A stretch of DNA of 64,000 nt from a virus. The position numbers and the translations under genes were made by a program. The DNA lies in the IMG/VR virus record IMGVR_UViG_3300047321_000238, positions 48,297-112,296 of that record; one strand, given 5' to 3'. This document shows positions 8,928 through 19,028 of the stretch, piece after piece. The notes below the pieces were generated by a model that saw nothing but the letters and a program-made list of their open reading frames with translations, had not been told where the DNA came from and did no database searches. The stretch's first letter is position 1; every line of letters starts with the position of its first letter.

Positions 8928-11900
8928 TTGAACTTAGGCACTATGAGTGACAGGGATAATGGGGTACAAATAAAAATATATGATGAAAAGGATGGATACA
9001 AAATGATAAACACAAACACATTAACTAATGGAACTACTACAACAAACACAAATGAAGGGATGGATGTACAAATGGTAAATATCAATGTAACAAACGTAGC
9101 TAAAATAGTAGGGGTATCAAATGAAGAAGTTGTAGCATTAGCTATAAGATTAGGTTTAGAAGTTTCAACATCAGGTAAGAAAATAAACAATGTTATTTCT
9201 ACTGCAATTGTAGTTGAAGCTGTTAATGATTTAATAGCTAAAGATGAAGTTGCAGTTACAAATATAGTAAACAATAATGAAGGGATGGATGTAAAAATGG
9301 TTAACAAGATTAAAGAGGAAATAATGGAAATGGTTTATTCTGAAATGAACAAGGAAATAGCTAAACAAGAAATTAGAGACGAATACTTAAACAGAGTTGC
9401 AACTGTTGCAGCTATAGTTGATGAATCTAATAAAAAGTACAAAAGAAATACTTTAAGCAAAGTAGAATTAGTTGATTATGTAGTAGCTAACAATATCGAA
9501 GTTAATGACAAAGAATTAAGAGCACTATATTCTCAATTAAATGCTGCAAGAGATAAAGAAGCTAAATCAGAATTAGTTCACAAGATCATAGATCAAATGA
9601 ATGAAGGTAAATTCACTTATAAAATGTATGCAACTGCTAATAAGTACAAGCACCTTTTATCTGAAGATGATACAATTACTTTTGAATTAGCATTAGATGT
9701 AGCTCTTAATAAGGCTTCTATGAAGAACTACAAGAACCTATTAGCTGTTAAAAGATGGACTAAAGATATCACTGTTGCATTATTAAGAAGAGTTGTTTGC
9801 TATACTGGTAATCAATATGAAACAGAAGTAGCTCCTCAAATGTTCAGTTCTCTAATCAGAGCTTGTGATGTTACAGTTAAAGATGTTGCAGATTCTAAGA
9901 TGACTTTAAATGGATACACTACTGATGAGTTACTATTATTCTCATTCGATAAAGATGTATTAAAATTAACTGGAAATAATGACAGAGAAGTATTAGCTAA
10001 AAAAGATTACCTAGCTAAAGTATTCTATATCATTGCTGGATTATCTGAACAAAAGGTTTATATAGTTGAAAGAAAATCAGGTATTGCAGATGTTTATACT
10101 AATATCAACAAGATCAAATTAAATGAAGGTGAAGTTATAAAACAATATGAATTCTTAGGAATAACTCCATCTGGTTTAAGATCTGGAACTATGACATTAG
10201 CTATCACTAAAGAAATTCACGCTGATGGAACTGTTGTTGAAAGAGATAGAAGAGTTGAAATCATGGACAAAGCTTCTGATAATTCATTCAGCATTAACTT
10301 TATCGTAGGTGCGAATGAAAATGGACAAGCTATATTCAAAGATTGCGAATCAGTACTTGATGCATTTAAAGAAATGTCTAGAATGATGTTATGTGCTACA
10401 TCTTCAAAAGTGCTTGGTAAATTAGACTCTTATGTTGTATTAGATAATTTATCTTTTGGTGCAGGATATAATGCTAAAGATACTAACTCTCCTGCTAAAA
10501 TGGGTGAAGAAAATTTCGTAGATTGTCAAGATACTACTGATGGTTTAGGATTAATATCTAATGATATGTTAAAAGAAAATCTTCAAGCTATGAACATTCC
10601 ATGCTCAATTAAAGACTTATTAGGAATGACATTCCAAGCTAGAGGTGGCGGATTAAAGATTGCTGCAATGTCAAGATCTAAAGAAGCTATTAGACTAGAA
10701 GCAAAAGCATCATTAAGCAGAGGAGCATCTGTATTAAGAGCTGTATTCAAAGGACAAGAAGTTAAAGCTAAAGATCTAACTGATGAAATGTTAGATAACA
10801 TGCAAGGATTGTTTGATGGTAATGGTATGAAGTTAATCGATCACAATGCTGAAATCGAATTAGTAATGCTTAAGAAAGCTTATTCATCTGACTCTAAATT
10901 ATCTGATGTTGTTAATATTATAATGATGGTTAATGATGAACAAGCTACTACAGCATTATTATCTTCTAAAATAAAAAGTCAAATCTTAGACAAATTAAAA
11001 GACATTGGTATAAACGTAGATTACAATGCAGAAACTGATGAAGTTATCAGCGTAAAATGTGATCTTAAGAACTTAAAAAGAATCAACAATGACAGTCAAA
11101 CAGTTGAATGGATGTTTAGATCTCTTCCTGAAACTATGATTGCATTAGCTCCTGGTGTTCAAAAGACAAACTTTAATAGCTTATTGAAAGGTTTAGCTAA
11201 CCTAATCAACGAGCTTAATGTTGAAGTTAATTGTGAATATACTGTTGTTCAATCAGATCCAGCAGTTAGATTTGGTGTAAGAATAATAAAAGAAGATGAA
11301 GTATTCTGCCCAAGCTTAATAGAAGTAAATAAAGTATCAGGTGTTAGACATCCAGTATCAAACTTATTTGCTGTTTCTACATTCAAGACACTTACTCTAA
11401 AAACTATCTTAAAGAGAATTGATAAATTGAATGTATCTCTTGAAGTTAAAAACATGTTATTTGAATTCTACAAAGGAGTAGAAGGTTATGCTATAATACC
11501 AGCATCTCACTACTACATGGAAAAACATGATGGAATGGATTTCGATATCGATGCTATGCAATTTTTCTTAGATCAAGAAGTAGTAGCAATACTTGAAAAG
11601 ACTTCTGATATAGGAACAATAATTGATAGATCTATTGATGAAGAAATGGATTGTTCTATTAAGGAATCTAATGATGACCATGCTATCAAAGCTTTCTACA
11701 AAGATATTAACAAGAAAGATTTCCACCCTATAGCTTATGATGTAAAAGTATCTGAAGAAAAGATAGCACCAGTTAAAGCATTAAAAGGAATGGTTATGCC
11801 TAAGAAGATTAATGTTGCTTCTACTGAAGATAATCATTACAAGAAAAATGCAAATGGAAGATACTCATTAGACTTCTCTTCAGTTGCTATGATGGTATTA

Positions 11901-13946
11901 GATTATTTCTTAAACCCAATAGATTCAGTTGGTATCATGGCAACAAACTTCTATAATAATGCTAAAATACTTATGGCATTAAAATCAATTAACACTGAAA
12001 TCACTAAAGAAATGAAACAATTCATAGTTCAAGGAATGAGAACAATGTTTTCTTGTAGTGGTTTAAAGAAGTATTCTTCTCCAATCAGAAAGAACAATGA
12101 CGGAACAAAATTTAACTACAACGATAGAAATAAAGTTGTTCTATGCAAAGATGTTTGTCACAAAATAATCAAAACATTTATCAACTCTAAAGGAGATTTT
12201 GCAGATTGTATTCAATTCTTAATTGATGTATGTATTTGTAGTAGATATCCAGCTGAAACTTCTATTGATAGTGCTAAGAAAATGTATAAAGTTATAAACA
12301 TGTTTGCATTATCTGGTTGTATTAAAGCTATGGGTTGTAAAAATGCTGTTAAATTCTTAAACTTTGATCCATATATGTTAGATGACCAAGGTAACTCTAT
12401 TGAAGAAGTAGAAACTACAAAAGCATTCACTAACATTATTGACATCTTTAATGCAGCTCAACCAAAAAATGCTCTACAATATTCAACAAACAATTTCTTT
12501 GGATTAAAATTAATAAAAGAAGAAATGTCATGTGTTGGTTGGGAAGATGCTGATAAGGCTATGTTAGCTTTCAATACAGAGAAAAAAGTAGCAGGTATTA
12601 AAGATCCTACTTATCTATTAAAAGAAAGACTAATGAACTTTGCTAATTCAGTTATAGTATTTGCAGCTAAAGAATTAGAAGCATTTGTTAAATCAGATGA
12701 AGCTAATGCTATCAGAAAAGAATTCAAAGGTTTCTACAATTCAGAAGATAATTATTTCAGAGTTGATAAAGTAGTATCTAACATCGTTGGTACTTATATC
12801 ACATTAACTGAATCAATCAAAGCTTCAGAAAATGATGAAATAGATGATATAACTGCAAAGAAATATCTTAAGACAAATGCATTACAAGCTCTAATGAACA
12901 CAGCTAAACTTTCATTTAAAACAGCTAGAAAACCAGTATCTGATGAAGAAATTGGAGCAGGTGTGTTCTATTATATGATTACTTCTTTTGAAAAAGAAAA
13001 AGACAATGTATGTACTTCAGTTAACTCTAAGATTCTTGATATCTTCCAAAAAGAGATATTAGCATTCTTAAAATCTAAAGGATATGATATGCTTGCTGCT
13101 GAAGAAATATTATATGCTGTTAATCCTGTAACTAACAGACAAGTTAAATTAAATACAACAGAAGGATTAACATGTTCTGCATATAATGGTCATGGTACAA
13201 TTGAATTAGAAGATGGTTCAATCTATTTATTAACTCTAAAGAATAAGAAAGCATCTTTTGATAATGGTACTATTTCTATAGTAGATGATAAGTATGTTGT
13301 TGTTCAACAAAGAAAAACTTTAGAAGAAAATATACAATCAGGATTCTACTTTGGTGCTAAAATGGAAAAAGGAATATTCAACAAAGCTAATCTTCTAATG
13401 CAAGATATTAAAAAGACTACTGGTGATTACAATGAATACAAAGCAGCATTAGCAGAAATAAATCCTAATAACATTTTAGCTGAGACACAATATGATGAAA
13501 TTCTTTTCAGAACAAGAAGAGAAATGGACGAAAGAGGAAAATCATATACAGCTAATCTTTTAATTGGTATGAAAGATGATCAAGAATGTTTAATAGCTGA
13601 GTTATACCTTAATACAATCGTTGCTCAATTATTACAAACTGCTGAGTTATCTGAAAGCAATGTAAGATTATTCATGACTGAAAATAGTTGTACTGTTAAC
13701 ATTATTGAAGACTCTCTATTAGCTGAAGTTGAATCAGTTAGCACTCCTGACACTATAAGTGATTCATTTGGATTAGATGACTTAGAAGGATTCAGTAACT
13801 CAATAATAGATTATTCTTGTTATGATGTTACTCCAGTTCAAGAAAACTATGATGAAAAACAATTCGTTGCAATTACAACAAACTACGATATTCCTCAAGT
13901 TGACATGTGCAATGACGAAAACTATTTAAATGGTTTAACTCAATAA
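8928..13946 (+). CDS. giant protein, 1672 aa, with a DFDID (DxDxD) motif; candidate two-barrel RNA polymerase-like enzyme
   Basis: Single uninterrupted ORF, track start TTG at 8928 (alternative ATGs at 8943 and 9004). Motif HDGMDFDIDAMQ resembles the beta-prime NADFDGDQM Mg-binding loop. Direct repeat NEGMDV[QK]MVN near the N-terminus. Confidence 0.8.
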   Translation: MNLGTMSDRDNGVQIKIYDEKDGYKMINTNTLTNGTTTTNTNEGMDVQMVNINVTNVAKIVGVSNEEVVALAIRLGLEVSTSGKKINNVISTAIVVEAVNDLIAKDEVAVTNIVNNNEGMDVKMVNKIKEEIMEMVYSEMNKEIAKQEIRDEYLNRVATVAAIVDESNKKYKRNTLSKVELVDYVVANNIEVNDKELRALYSQLNAARDKEAKSELVHKIIDQMNEGKFTYKMYATANKYKHLLSEDDTITFELALDVALNKASMKNYKNLLAVKRWTKDITVALLRRVVCYTGNQYETEVAPQMFSSLIRACDVTVKDVADSKMTLNGYTTDELLLFSFDKDVLKLTGNNDREVLAKKDYLAKVFYIIAGLSEQKVYIVERKSGIADVYTNINKIKLNEGEVIKQYEFLGITPSGLRSGTMTLAITKEIHADGTVVERDRRVEIMDKASDNSFSINFIVGANENGQAIFKDCESVLDAFKEMSRMMLCATSSKVLGKLDSYVVLDNLSFGAGYNAKDTNSPAKMGEENFVDCQDTTDGLGLISNDMLKENLQAMNIPCSIKDLLGMTFQARGGGLKIAAMSRSKEAIRLEAKASLSRGASVLRAVFKGQEVKAKDLTDEMLDNMQGLFDGNGMKLIDHNAEIELVMLKKAYSSDSKLSDVVNIIMMVNDEQATTALLSSKIKSQILDKLKDIGINVDYNAETDEVISVKCDLKNLKRINNDSQTVEWMFRSLPETMIALAPGVQKTNFNSLLKGLANLINELNVEVNCEYTVVQSDPAVRFGVRIIKEDEVFCPSLIEVNKVSGVRHPVSNLFAVSTFKTLTLKTILKRIDKLNVSLEVKNMLFEFYKGVEGYAIIPASHYYMEKHDGMDFDIDAMQFFLDQEVVAILEKTSDIGTIIDRSIDEEMDCSIKESNDDHAIKAFYKDINKKDFHPIAYDVKVSEEKIAPVKALKGMVMPKKINVASTEDNHYKKNANGRYSLDFSSVAMMVLDYFLNPIDSVGIMATNFYNNAKILMALKSINTEITKEMKQFIVQGMRTMFSCSGLKKYSSPIRKNNDGTKFNYNDRNKVVLCKDVCHKIIKTFINSKGDFADCIQFLIDVCICSRYPAETSIDSAKKMYKVINMFALSGCIKAMGCKNAVKFLNFDPYMLDDQGNSIEEVETTKAFTNIIDIFNAAQPKNALQYSTNNFFGLKLIKEEMSCVGWEDADKAMLAFNTEKKVAGIKDPTYLLKERLMNFANSVIVFAAKELEAFVKSDEANAIRKEFKGFYNSEDNYFRVDKVVSNIVGTYITLTESIKASENDEIDDITAKKYLKTNALQALMNTAKLSFKTARKPVSDEEIGAGVFYYMITSFEKEKDNVCTSVNSKILDIFQKEILAFLKSKGYDMLAAEEILYAVNPVTNRQVKLNTTEGLTCSAYNGHGTIELEDGSIYLLTLKNKKASFDNGTISIVDDKYVVVQQRKTLEENIQSGFYFGAKMEKGIFNKANLLMQDIKKTTGDYNEYKAALAEINPNNILAETQYDEILFRTRREMDERGKSYTANLLIGMKDDQECLIAELYLNTIVAQLLQTAELSESNVRLFMTENSCTVNIIEDSLLAEVESVSTPDTISDSFGLDDLEGFSNSIIDYSCYDVTPVQENYDEKQFVAITTNYDIPQVDMCNDENYLNGLTQ

Positions 13947-13956
13947 TATCAACATT

Positions 13957-13993
13957 AGAGTCTCATTAATTTGAGGCTCTTTTTATTTTAAAT
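13957..13993 (+). terminator. rho-independent terminator downstream of the giant gene
   Basis: AGAGUCUCA-UUAAUU-UGAGGCUCU forms a 9-bp stem (one G-U pair) followed by UUUUUAUUUU. Confidence 0.55.
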
Positions 13994-14010
13994 TTGAAAG
14001 GATGATTATA

Positions 14011-15102
14011 ATGAAAACAATTAATAACAAACAATTAGAAACAGGAAAGAAAATAGTAAATCAATTAGGAGTTAACAAAACTGCTATAGCACTAACTCAT
14101 TATAATGTAGAAAAGAACAATATTGATATCAGAATGTTTTTGTACTCAGATGAAGACATTACAATATATACAACTGGTAGATTGTTTTTAGGAACATATA
14201 AAAAGGAAGATAAAAAGTTCTCATTCGATCCTGCTACTAAACTACCTTATGTTGTAGGATGCAATAACATTAAGACTCGTAGAGAAGTTAAGGATGCTAT
14301 TAAGAAAGTATTATCTACTCATGCAGATGTATTAAAAATGAGTAATGGATACAAAAACTTAATTAATGATGTAGAGGATGTTTTACTTTATGTTATCAAG
14401 AGTGGAATTATTAAAGGCAGCTACTTACCACTTGAGGCACAACTAAAACATAATTGGATCATGAATCCAGACACAATAATTGTAGAGGGTGAGTCAGTAG
14501 CTAAACATGAAATAGCAGTAACAACAGATACTAATACAAAAACAGAAGGAGAAGTCAAAATGAATATAATGAGTGCGGCACATAAACTAAGAAAAGAAAT
14601 GGAAATAGAAGATAAAGAATATGCATCTTACAGCTATAAACTTAAAATGAAGATTGCATTAAAGTATGCATGGGATACATGTCATATTAATAAAGTAGTA
14701 GCTATTAAAGAAGTAGCTATTACTGTAGATAAAGTGATAAACATAAATACACGTAGACCAGAGCCAACAGCTAAGGATGAAGTTATGGCAAGTAAGCTTG
14801 AACCATTAACAGCTAAGTGCGACAATGGCAAGAAAAGAATCAAAGGAGAAACTTATATTGTATCCACACCAGGACACGTTAATATAGAAGATCACATTGG
14901 AACAGTGATTAAGGCTTTTGATATATCCACTCAAATATTAGGCAGAAAAACATTAGCTGAGTTAAATGTGAAATTCACTGAAAGAAAGTTTGCAGAGAGC
15001 AGATTTTACAGAGAGAATGCACATAAGTTAATTATTGTTACTAGCCATAAAGATGAATATGAACAAATTAAAAACCCAAGAGGATTTATACTTGTTAAAT
15101 AG
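14011..15102 (+). CDS. hypothetical protein, 363 aa
   Basis: Track ORF 14002. The ATG at 14011 follows AAAGGA, so it is the likelier start. Confidence 0.55.
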   Translation: MKTINNKQLETGKKIVNQLGVNKTAIALTHYNVEKNNIDIRMFLYSDEDITIYTTGRLFLGTYKKEDKKFSFDPATKLPYVVGCNNIKTRREVKDAIKKVLSTHADVLKMSNGYKNLINDVEDVLLYVIKSGIIKGSYLPLEAQLKHNWIMNPDTIIVEGESVAKHEIAVTTDTNTKTEGEVKMNIMSAAHKLRKEMEIEDKEYASYSYKLKMKIALKYAWDTCHINKVVAIKEVAITVDKVININTRRPEPTAKDEVMASKLEPLTAKCDNGKKRIKGETYIVSTPGHVNIEDHIGTVIKAFDISTQILGRKTLAELNVKFTERKFAESRFYRENAHKLIIVTSHKDEYEQIKNPRGFILVK

Positions 15103-15104
15103 TA

Positions 15105-15190
15105 TTGCCCCCTTCGGGGATAGATCAGTGCCATTCCTTCGGATAAATATAAATAAGCTCCCTCCGCTCGCAGTCCCTTCGGGAACAAAT
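15105..15190 (+). ncRNA. three C-rich UUCG-loop mini-hairpins (CC-UUCG-GG x3) in non-coding DNA
   Basis: cccccttcgggg, tccttcgga and tcccttcggga fall within 80 nt in a 28% GC genome. No long ORF fits here. Confidence 0.25.
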
Positions 15191-15213
15191 AAACTAACTT
15201 CGTTAGTAGAAAT

Positions 15214-15240
15214 AAGCTTCGCAGACTAATCGTGCGGATT
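15214..15240 (+). promoter_or_regulatory. conserved intergenic motif copy a (AAGCTTCGCAGACTAATCGTGCGGATT)
   Basis: Member of a 5-copy motif family with core TAATCATGCG flanked by CGCA/TGCG inverted repeats. Confidence 0.35.
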
Positions 15241-15296
15241 CTATGAGAGCTATATTGAAACTAAGTTCTTATTGAACTATTTAGTTCTCATAATAA

Positions 15297-15336
15297 ATTC
15301 GCTACACTCATAGTCTTAGTCATGCGTGTTATCTGA
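15297..15336 (+). promoter_or_regulatory. conserved intergenic motif copy b (degenerate)
   Basis: CGCTACACTCATAGTCTTAGTCATGCGTGTTATCTGAG. Confidence 0.3.
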
Positions 15337-15374
15337 GATTATCCTTAATCCCAAATCTCATCTTATCCCAATAA

Positions 15375-15415
15375 ACTCACTACGTTCGTAGTTTTAATCA
15401 TGCGGATATCTTGAG
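15375..15415 (+). promoter_or_regulatory. conserved intergenic motif copy c
   Basis: CACTACGTTCGTAGTTTTAATCATGCGGATATCTTGAG. Confidence 0.35.
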
Positions 15416-15580
15416 ACATTTATATGCTTACTCATAGTTATAAACTTACTTACGAGTGACATTATAAATTCAATTAGCTATTAATTAGCTACTACATACA
15501 TACAACAAGGGGGAAATAATAGGAGACTTGCGTTTAATCCATTTCTCAGGTTAAATCTATATGCTCTGTATGTATAAAAT

Positions 15581-15620
15581 AAGCTACGCAGTTTAATCAT
15601 GCGTATTATTCGTGTAACTC
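15581..15620 (+). promoter_or_regulatory. conserved intergenic motif copy d
   Basis: AAGCTACGCAGTTTAATCATGCGTATTATTCGTGTAACTC. About 90% identical to copy e at 19029. Lies 265 bp upstream of gene 15885. Confidence 0.4.
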
Positions 15621-15884
15621 TAATGCTGAAAATAGAGTGTAGACTTAGCAGGTTCTTCTATTGCTTGCTATATGTTGAACGTATAAATGGAATCCTTATA
15701 TATTATTTATGTCTGTAATAATATAAGAAGTTAGCCCAAGACATGTTGTATATATATGAGAGTGCACGCTTATGTATATATTCCTAATTAAATTATTAAA
15801 TATGTATACATCCCTACTTACGAGTGAATGTATATATATAAGAATGATTTAAGCGAAAACGAAAAAATCAAAATTTGAAAGGAA

Positions 15885-16445
15885 ATGATTAAAATGGAAA
15901 AGAGAATATTTTTAGCAACAAAGAAAGAACACACAGTAGGAGTAGTGTTTAATGTAACAGAGAATAAATGTAACAGAATTCCTACAATCGTATATGAACA
16001 CGCTGGACAAATGAATGGCTTCAGTGACACAAGACTTAGTGCAATGAGTGCATTAATAAAAGTAATTGAAGAAAATAATAGTACTGAACTTACAAATGTA
16101 GTACCAGTATTTGTTAATGAAGCATTAGCAAAGTTTATAACTGATGAAACATATAAGTTCTGGATTAAGACTGGTGCAAAAAGTACTGGTGAAGTAATTA
16201 GTGAAAATGAAATGACAATACTAAAGAAGTTCGTAGAAGTTTGGAAAGAAAAAGGAGATGACTTTGTAATCAGAGATATATTTACTTGTCGTATTAATGA
16301 TAAAGTAAAAGCTGACCCTGCAAAGATATCTAAATTCAAACCATACAGCAGACAAAATGACGCATACTGCAGATACTGTTGGGACGAAATTGCTAAACTA
16401 TATAATGAAACAGTTGAAGCATCTATAGCATCAGTTGCAGTTTAA
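15885..16445 (+). CDS. hypothetical protein, 186 aa
   Basis: Track ORF with AAAGGAAATGA RBS-like sequence. C-terminal CRYCWDE. Confidence 0.55.
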   Translation: MIKMEKRIFLATKKEHTVGVVFNVTENKCNRIPTIVYEHAGQMNGFSDTRLSAMSALIKVIEENNSTELTNVVPVFVNEALAKFITDETYKFWIKTGAKSTGEVISENEMTILKKFVEVWKEKGDDFVIRDIFTCRINDKVKADPAKISKFKPYSRQNDAYCRYCWDEIAKLYNETVEASIASVAV

Positions 16446-16547
16446 ATAAATAGATATATGAGATTGATTACTTATCGTAGTCTTTCTCATATTTTTTATG
16501 TTATTTATGTGAAAATAATAAAACAATAAGAGGAGAGAATAAATAAA

Positions 16548-16742
16548 ATGAAAATTAATCAATCAAGAAAGTCAACACATTCAATCATGGCTCATCAAAG
16601 TTTCGAAGGAGTATTACTAATTAAAGATGGTATCAAAATGTATATACCTAAAGAATGGATTACTCAAAAAGGTAAGATAAAGAAGTATGCATTAAAAGCA
16701 TTTGATAAGTTACAAAAGGAAGAACTAAGAAAGGCAATTTAA
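16548..16742 (+). CDS. hypothetical protein, 64 aa
   Basis: Track ORF with AGAGGAGAG RBS. Confidence 0.45.
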   Translation: MKINQSRKSTHSIMAHQSFEGVLLIKDGIKMYIPKEWITQKGKIKKYALKAFDKLQKEELRKAI

Positions 16743-16906
16743 ATTATGTTCAGAATAAAATATGTAGTAAGTGGTTTGGTTAAAGAACAATTATATGAAG
16801 ACACATTCTATGCAGTCAGTTTAAGACAAGCATGGTATTACTTTGGTAAGAAGTACGGCTTCAATATTAGGGACTTTAAGAGACTGAATAGTGGGGGAAT
16901 AGCATC

Positions 16907-17389
16907 ATGAAGAAACTTAATGTGTTCATAGATGGAGCATGTAAAGATGTAAAGAACAAAGAAAAAGCAATTGGTGGTTGGGGATACATAATCACTGATG
17001 AATATTTTAATGTTATCAAACAAGATAATGGCAAAATAAGAGAAGGCATCCAAGATAGTAATCGTGCAGAACTTGAAGGACTGTATCAAGCATTACTTAA
17101 GATGAAGACGTTTAAAGGAAATAATAAGTTCCATATCTATACTGATTGTGAAAGCATAGCAGATAGTTTAAATGGATATTCAGAACGTAGAGCCAATAGA
17201 GATTATTGGGATAATATAGAACCTATATGTAAAAGGTTAGCAGGACACTTTAGAATATCTCACATCGTAAGTCATCAAGTAAATGATAACGATGATAAAT
17301 TTATTGAGTATAATAATAAAGTAGACAAGCTAGCAAGAATTGGAGCAAATAGTCTAACTAAAGCACCAGTAACAAACATAGCAATATAA
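16907..17389 (+). CDS. rnh: ribonuclease H (RNase HI-like)
   Basis: VFIDGAC...IGGWGYII...SNRAELEGLYQAL...IYTDCESIA...DYW match the RNase H catalytic D-E-D-D layout. Confidence 0.75.
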   Translation: MKKLNVFIDGACKDVKNKEKAIGGWGYIITDEYFNVIKQDNGKIREGIQDSNRAELEGLYQALLKMKTFKGNNKFHIYTDCESIADSLNGYSERRANRDYWDNIEPICKRLAGHFRISHIVSHQVNDNDDKFIEYNNKVDKLARIGANSLTKAPVTNIAI

Positions 17390-17418
17390 AAATTTATGAG
17401 ATGAAAGAGGTAATCATT

Positions 17419-17724
17419 ATGAAACTAGGATTTAAATTAGGAAATATAGAATATAACGAAATCAAATTAAGCAATGTAGAATTAAACGTACAATTCTCAG
17501 CAGAAGAATTAGTAGCAGAATATGATTTATTAAAAAGAATAGCTAAAGAACTTCCAGAGATATGTACAGATTTAGCTAATGGAGCAGTAGCATTTGCAGA
17601 AATAGATAAAGCATTTACTAAGTATACAACTGCAGTAGTAGCAGAAGATTCAACAGAAGAAACAAAAACAACTGCAATGGATCTAGTTAAGTCAGCTATT
17701 AATAAAATCAATCAAGCAGTATAA
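17419..17724 (+). CDS. hypothetical protein, 101 aa
   Basis: Track ORF 17401. The ATG at 17419 follows AAAGAGG, so it is the likelier start. Confidence 0.5.
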   Translation: MKLGFKLGNIEYNEIKLSNVELNVQFSAEELVAEYDLLKRIAKELPEICTDLANGAVAFAEIDKAFTKYTTAVVAEDSTEETKTTAMDLVKSAINKINQAV

Positions 17725-17754
17725 TTAAAACAATAAGAAGGAAGTGTAATTAAT

Positions 17755-18579
17755 ATGTCAAAAATAGATATAGATATGAATTCAACAGTAAAAATAAACG
17801 GTGGAAAGTCTTTAAATATGGCAGAGTTTGCAGATAAGTTTGGAGTAGATTTAGCTAATCCTCAATTAGTAGTATCAACAGCTAATATATTAGAGAAACA
17901 AGGCAAGTTAATAGTAGTTGAAACTAAATCTAAAGAAGAACAAATCGTAGACCAAGCAATGGGACAAGAAGTATTCCAAAGTGTTGTAGAAAATTTAGAT
18001 AATGAAGAACAAGCTTATAAAGAACAACTAAGAGAAGCTAAGAAAGCAGAATCAGATGTATTAAAAATAACATTAGCATTTATAACAACATTAGATGCAA
18101 CAAAGTTTAATATGTGGTTAACTAGCTTAGGAGTAACTGAAGTATCTCAAATAATAAAGAATGGTTGTATTAAACTATTAATAGAAGATATAACTCCGCA
18201 AGAATATACTAAGATATCAGCTAAGTATAAAGCAGAGAAAGCTATTAATGCAACAGTTAATACAACAAGTAAAGTAATGAATGGAACTACTAATGCTGTA
18301 AACTATGGTTTAAGTGAAGTAGTCGCACCTGTAGCTAAAATAGCAGGAGAAGCTGGTATGAATTTAGGTAAAGGATTATTCCATACTCTAATTAAAACAG
18401 GAGCAGGTTTAATCAATAGTGGAGCTAAAGCAGTTACAGATACTAAAATAGCTTTAATGACAGATCCTGAATGTTTAAGAGCAACTAGTCAATTAATCGA
18501 TGCAAAGAATAATATAACTAGAGGCGTTAATAAACAAATGAATAATAGAGGATTTGGATCAGGAATCGAAATACTATAA
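17755..18579 (+). CDS. hypothetical protein, 274 aa, Gly/Ala-rich C-terminal third
   Basis: Track ORF with AGAAGGAAG RBS. Confidence 0.55.
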   Translation: MSKIDIDMNSTVKINGGKSLNMAEFADKFGVDLANPQLVVSTANILEKQGKLIVVETKSKEEQIVDQAMGQEVFQSVVENLDNEEQAYKEQLREAKKAESDVLKITLAFITTLDATKFNMWLTSLGVTEVSQIIKNGCIKLLIEDITPQEYTKISAKYKAEKAINATVNTTSKVMNGTTNAVNYGLSEVVAPVAKIAGEAGMNLGKGLFHTLIKTGAGLINSGAKAVTDTKIALMTDPECLRATSQLIDAKNNITRGVNKQMNNRGFGSGIEIL

Positions 18580-18726
18580 TAGATAGGAGTTGTTGTAATG
18601 GGACAATTAATAGCTAAAGTACTATTTAATCAGAAGGTGATGAGCAGTATTGTTCCGCCTTCTCTACTTAGTAATTTAGGAAACATAATAACAAAAGCAG
18701 TATTAAAATAATAGGAGTGATATATA

Positions 18727-18963
18727 ATGTTAGAACATCAACCAATCTTGAGAGCATTAATAGAACAAGGATATAGTAGCAAGATGTTAGGTGCAGTTAT
18801 TAATGAGAAGACTCAAAGAGGAACTGCATTAATCAAACTAGACTCTATAGAAAAACCATTTAATATATACTGGAATAAACATAAATCACAATGGCAAGAC
18901 GTAAAACCAGCAGAAGAAGTATCACCTGCAATAGTAGAAAGATACTACGCATCAGCAATATAA
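18727..18963 (+). CDS. hypothetical protein, 78 aa
   Basis: Track ORF with AGGAGTGA RBS. Confidence 0.45.
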   Translation: MLEHQPILRALIEQGYSSKMLGAVINEKTQRGTALIKLDSIEKPFNIYWNKHKSQWQDVKPAEEVSPAIVERYYASAI

Positions 18964-19028
18964 GATTAAAATAGCTATTGGTAATCTACTTAATCTAATA
19001 TATAAATAATAAAATCCTATATATAAAT

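Noticed and set aside
10583-12445. Short minus-strand ORFs inside the giant gene (10583..10801, 11249..11455, 12212..12445)
   Set aside because: They lie fully inside the 5-kb + ORF, have no RBSs, and are the sizes expected by chance in AT-rich DNA.
15006-15229. Overlapping ORFs 15035..15229 (+) and 15006..15188 (-) with PFG/PSG repeats
   Set aside because: Both overlap the end of gene 14011..15102 and each other. Their Pro/Gly codons derive from the CCUUCGG hairpin units, so this is interpreted as structured RNA or DNA, not coding.
15818-16339. Minus-strand 173-aa ORF
   Set aside because: It is antisense to the RBS-bearing gene 15885..16445, with hydrophobic low-complexity sequence typical of antisense frames in AT-rich genes.
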